Source: Candidatus Eiseniibacteriota bacterium (GTDB lineage Bacteria > Eisenbacteria > RBG-16-71-46 > SZUA-252). Taken from it: DNA of 37,809 nucleotides. The notes beneath the pieces were generated by a model. It was not told where the DNA came from. It saw nothing but the letters and a program-made list of their open reading frames with translations, and made no database searches. A program made the position numbers and the translations under genes. Position 1 is the first letter of the stretch. Each line of letters begins with the position of its first letter. This document shows positions 35,326-37,809 of the stretch, piece by piece. The stretch is taken from positions 1 to 37,809 of the forward strand of contig JANMQV010000060.1 of assembly GCA_031370645.1 (NCBI GenBank), written 5' to 3'.

Positions 35326-36744
35326 ATGAGCGACGCGACCGCCGCGAGCGGTAAGGCCCAGACCCGGATCGAGAAGGATTCCCTCGGACCTCTCGAGGTC
35401 CCCGCCGAGGCTTATTACGGCGTCCAGACGGCCCGGGCAGTCGCCAACTTCCCCATCAGCGGCGAGCGGCTCCATCGCGAGATGGTCCGCGCCGTCGCGC
35501 GCATCAAGATCGCGGCCGCCAAGGCGAACGCCGAGCTCGGAGTTTTAGACGCGGCGAAGGCCGACGCCATTGTCCACGCCGCCGAGGAAGTGGTGGCCGG
35601 GAAGCACGACGCTCACTTCGTCGTGGATGCCTACCAAGCCGGCGCCGGCACCTCCTTCCACATGAACGTGAATGAAGTCGTCGCGAACCGCGCCTGCGAA
35701 CTGATGGGCGGAAAGCGCGGCGACACGTCGCTCATCAGCCCGAACGATCACGTGAACATGGCGCAGTCGACCAACGACGTGATCCCGACCGCCATTCGCC
35801 TCGCCGCCTACGAACTCTCCGGCCCGGTCGTGGAAGAGATGACCGCGCTCGCGGCCTCCTTCGCGGGTCGCGCCGCGGCGTTTCGCACCATCTTGAAGTC
35901 GGGGCGGACGCACCTGCAGGACGCGGTGCCGGTCACGCTGGGGCAGGAGTTCTCGGGCTATCAGGTCTGCGTGGAGGGTTGGCTCGACTCACTGAAGCGA
36001 AGCCGCGACGGGCTCCTGTCGCTTGGTCTCGGCGGCAACGCCGCCGGCACGGGGATCAACGCGCATCCGAAGTACCGCGAAAAGACGATCGCGAATATCG
36101 CGGAGATCACCGGCGCGCCATTCCGTCCATCGGCGAATCTATTTGAAGCAATGCAGAGTATGGCGCCCTTCGTCCGCCTCTCAAACGACCTTCGCGGCTT
36201 CGCACTTGATCTGACGCGCATCGCGAACGACTTCCGCCTTCTCGCGAGCGGCCCCACGACAGGCTTCGACGAAGTCGTCCTTCCGGTGGTGCAGCCCGGC
36301 TCCTCCATCATGCCCGGCAAGGTGAACCCCGTCGTCGCCGAGATGACGAACATGGTCTGCTTCCAAATCCTAGGCTACGACACCACGGTCGCCTACGCCT
36401 CCCAAGCGGGCCAGTTGGAATTGAACGTGATGATGCCCGTGATCGCGCACAACCTCCTCCGCTCCCTGGCGATCTTGGCGCCGACGCTCCGGGTCCTCCG
36501 CACCACCTGCGTCGACGGCATCACGGCAAACGAGGAGACCTGCCGCCACTACTTCGAACACTCGATCTCGCTCGCCTCCGCCCTAAATCCCTACATCGGC
36601 TACATGGCCGCGGCGGATGTCGCGAAAGAGTCGGCGAAGACGGGAAAGACAGTGGTAGAGATCGTGCGAGAGAAGAAACTGCTGACGGAAGCGCAGATCA
36701 AGAAGGTCTTCTCGGCGGAAGAGATGACGGGAGTCGGAAAGTAG
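35326..36744 (+). CDS. aspA: Aspartate ammonia-lyase (fumarase/aspartase superfamily)
   Basis: RIEKDSLG, YYGVQTARA, QAGAGTSFHMNVNEV (AspA-like rather than the FumC QTGSGT), GRTHLQDAVP, GSSIMPGKVNP. Confidence 0.8.
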   Translation: MSDATAASGKAQTRIEKDSLGPLEVPAEAYYGVQTARAVANFPISGERLHREMVRAVARIKIAAAKANAELGVLDAAKADAIVHAAEEVVAGKHDAHFVVDAYQAGAGTSFHMNVNEVVANRACELMGGKRGDTSLISPNDHVNMAQSTNDVIPTAIRLAAYELSGPVVEEMTALAASFAGRAAAFRTILKSGRTHLQDAVPVTLGQEFSGYQVCVEGWLDSLKRSRDGLLSLGLGGNAAGTGINAHPKYREKTIANIAEITGAPFRPSANLFEAMQSMAPFVRLSNDLRGFALDLTRIANDFRLLASGPTTGFDEVVLPVVQPGSSIMPGKVNPVVAEMTNMVCFQILGYDTTVAYASQAGQLELNVMMPVIAHNLLRSLAILAPTLRVLRTTCVDGITANEETCRHYFEHSISLASALNPYIGYMAAADVAKESAKTGKTVVEIVREKKLLTEAQIKKVFSAEEMTGVGK

Positions 36745-36802
36745 CGCGAAGACCGGTGCGAGACGCGCCGTCGTGCTCGAAGATCGCGCCGTCTAGGGGC
36801 GC

Positions 36803-36899
36803 GTGACCGAAGGCAGCCGGTAAAACTCTCCGGTCGCTGTACGTGCCCGCTTCGCGGGCCGTAGGCTCCCTCCGAGTTTTCCCGACTGCCTTCGCTCAC
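36803..36899. repeat. About 97-bp long imperfect inverted repeat (REP/MITE-like hairpin) between convergent genes
   Basis: Arms CGAAGGCAGCCGGTAAAACTC (36808-36828) and GAGTTTTCCCGACTGCCTTCG (36874-36894) are reverse complements at 19 of 21 positions, with outer GTGA/TCAC and inner TACG-t-GCCCGC-ttc-GCGGGC-CGTA. Confidence 0.7.
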
Positions 36900-36928
36900 A
36901 CTCACCTCGAAGAACAGCCTTCCCAGAA

Positions 36929-37809
36929 CTACCGCGCTTCCGTCCAGTCTCTCGCCTGCGGTTTCGGAGTCTGTGGGATCACCGGGCGGACGACAATTAC
37001 TGCCCCTGATCCACGCCCCTCTGGCTGCGGCTCCAATACTTCAGGCGCGCTGATCACCGTATACGGTAGCGGCGTCAGGAATTCTCCGACCGCGACTTCC
37101 ACCGAGCACTGCCGCCCCTTCGGCTTCCTCACGAAGAAATAGCCGTCGGAATCGGTGTACGCGAGTTCGCCGTCGATCCGAATCGCGGCGCCACGCACCG
37201 GCGCCCCCTTCTCGTCGGTCACGATTCCCTGGACCATGTGATCCGACATCGAGGGTCGCGACTCGTTCGACGCACCACTCACCCCTCGGTAGAGATACTG
37301 ATTCCCCGCTAGCGTGTACTTCACGGATCCATCGGGCGCGACGTAGCTCCCGAGATTCGCGGTGAAATTCCCGAACGCGAGAATCTTCACGTTCAGCATG
37401 AGCGCCTGGCGGAAGGGGTCTCCTTCGCCGAACGGAACGTAAACGGTCTGCCACTCGGCCCCGACGCTGAACCGACCCGAGACGTAGTTCCCCCCGAAGG
37501 AGACGGTGCTGTTCCCGCGCGTGTGCGTGACGACCTGCGACAACTCGACGTGCGGCGAAATTGTTTCGCGGAGCACTCCCACGACGGTGTTGAAGTTTTC
37601 GCCGGAACGATCCTCGGCGTGGAAGAAGTTCGTGGAAACGTGAAACGCTCTTCCGACCGGCCGGTCGACACTCACCGACACGCCCCGGTTTCCGCTGTTG
37701 GATCCGTGCGAGTCAAAGAGGCCGAGACTCGTCATGGCGCCGAGGAAAGAGACGTTCGCGAATCCCTGGTGCACACGGCCGCGATAAACGGGCGTGGTCT
37801 CGGTCTCGG
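36929..37809 (-). CDS. Beta-strand-rich (probably outer-membrane) protein with a C-terminal carboxypeptidase-regulatory-like domain; 5' end outside the window
   Basis: The frame is open from the window edge (ETETTPVYRGR|VHQGF...). Alternating amphipathic strands are followed by VQGIVTDEKGAPVRGAAIRIDGELAYTDSDGYF. Confidence 0.7.
   Translation of the reverse strand, partial: ETETTPVYRGRVHQGFANVSFLGAMTSLGLFDSHGSNSGNRGVSVSVDRPVGRAFHVSTNFFHAEDRSGENFNTVVGVLRETISPHVELSQVVTHTRGNSTVSFGGNYVSGRFSVGAEWQTVYVPFGEGDPFRQALMLNVKILAFGNFTANLGSYVAPDGSVKYTLAGNQYLYRGVSGASNESRPSMSDHMVQGIVTDEKGAPVRGAAIRIDGELAYTDSDGYFFVRKPKGRQCSVEVAVGEFLTPLPYTVISAPEVLEPQPEGRGSGAVIVVRPVIPQTPKPQARDWTEAR

Noticed and set aside
36745-36928. 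6S RNA or SRP (4.5S) RNA in the aspA downstream gap
   Set aside because: The paired region is only about 97 nt. I see no SRP helix-8 CAGG/GNRA/AGCA motif on either strand and no 6S-length closing stem. An Rfam scan would settle it.

Overview
High-GC bacterial chromosomal segment with no rRNA, tRNA, CRISPR array or transposase that I can recognise. PorX, DUF2723 and the LptD type suggest an FCB-related lineage such as Eisenbacteria or Latescibacterota (inference). Bases 1-28.9 kb are almost all minus-strand. In transcription order: Mrp/ApbC, DUF971, MFS transporter, DUF4440, split MetE pair, MacAB-type exporter, serS, sensor kinase, porX, tsaE, tsaB, rimI, accD, folC, a 1200-aa OstA/LptD, and HU followed by a terminator. 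A separate module follows: an exported UshA-like/tetraheme cytochrome protein, an exported hypothetical protein, pilB, pilC, a pilin and a DUF2723/TMEM260-like glycosyltransferase (truncated at the window edge). The plus strand carries copA, a 2-oxoacid dehydrogenase operon with an inserted thioesterase, and aspA; a partial beta-rich protein converges on them. The main result is that the ORF track truncates the cytochrome gene. It extends upstream through an in-frame TGA in a C-G-U motif, followed by a perfect 9-bp SECIS-like hairpin, so it is very likely a secreted selenocysteine-containing multiheme cytochrome. This gene, pilB and the pilin are each preceded by a sigma28 (FliA/WhiG)-like promoter motif, which suggests a co-regulated selenoprotein-cytochrome/type IV pilus/glycosylation module.
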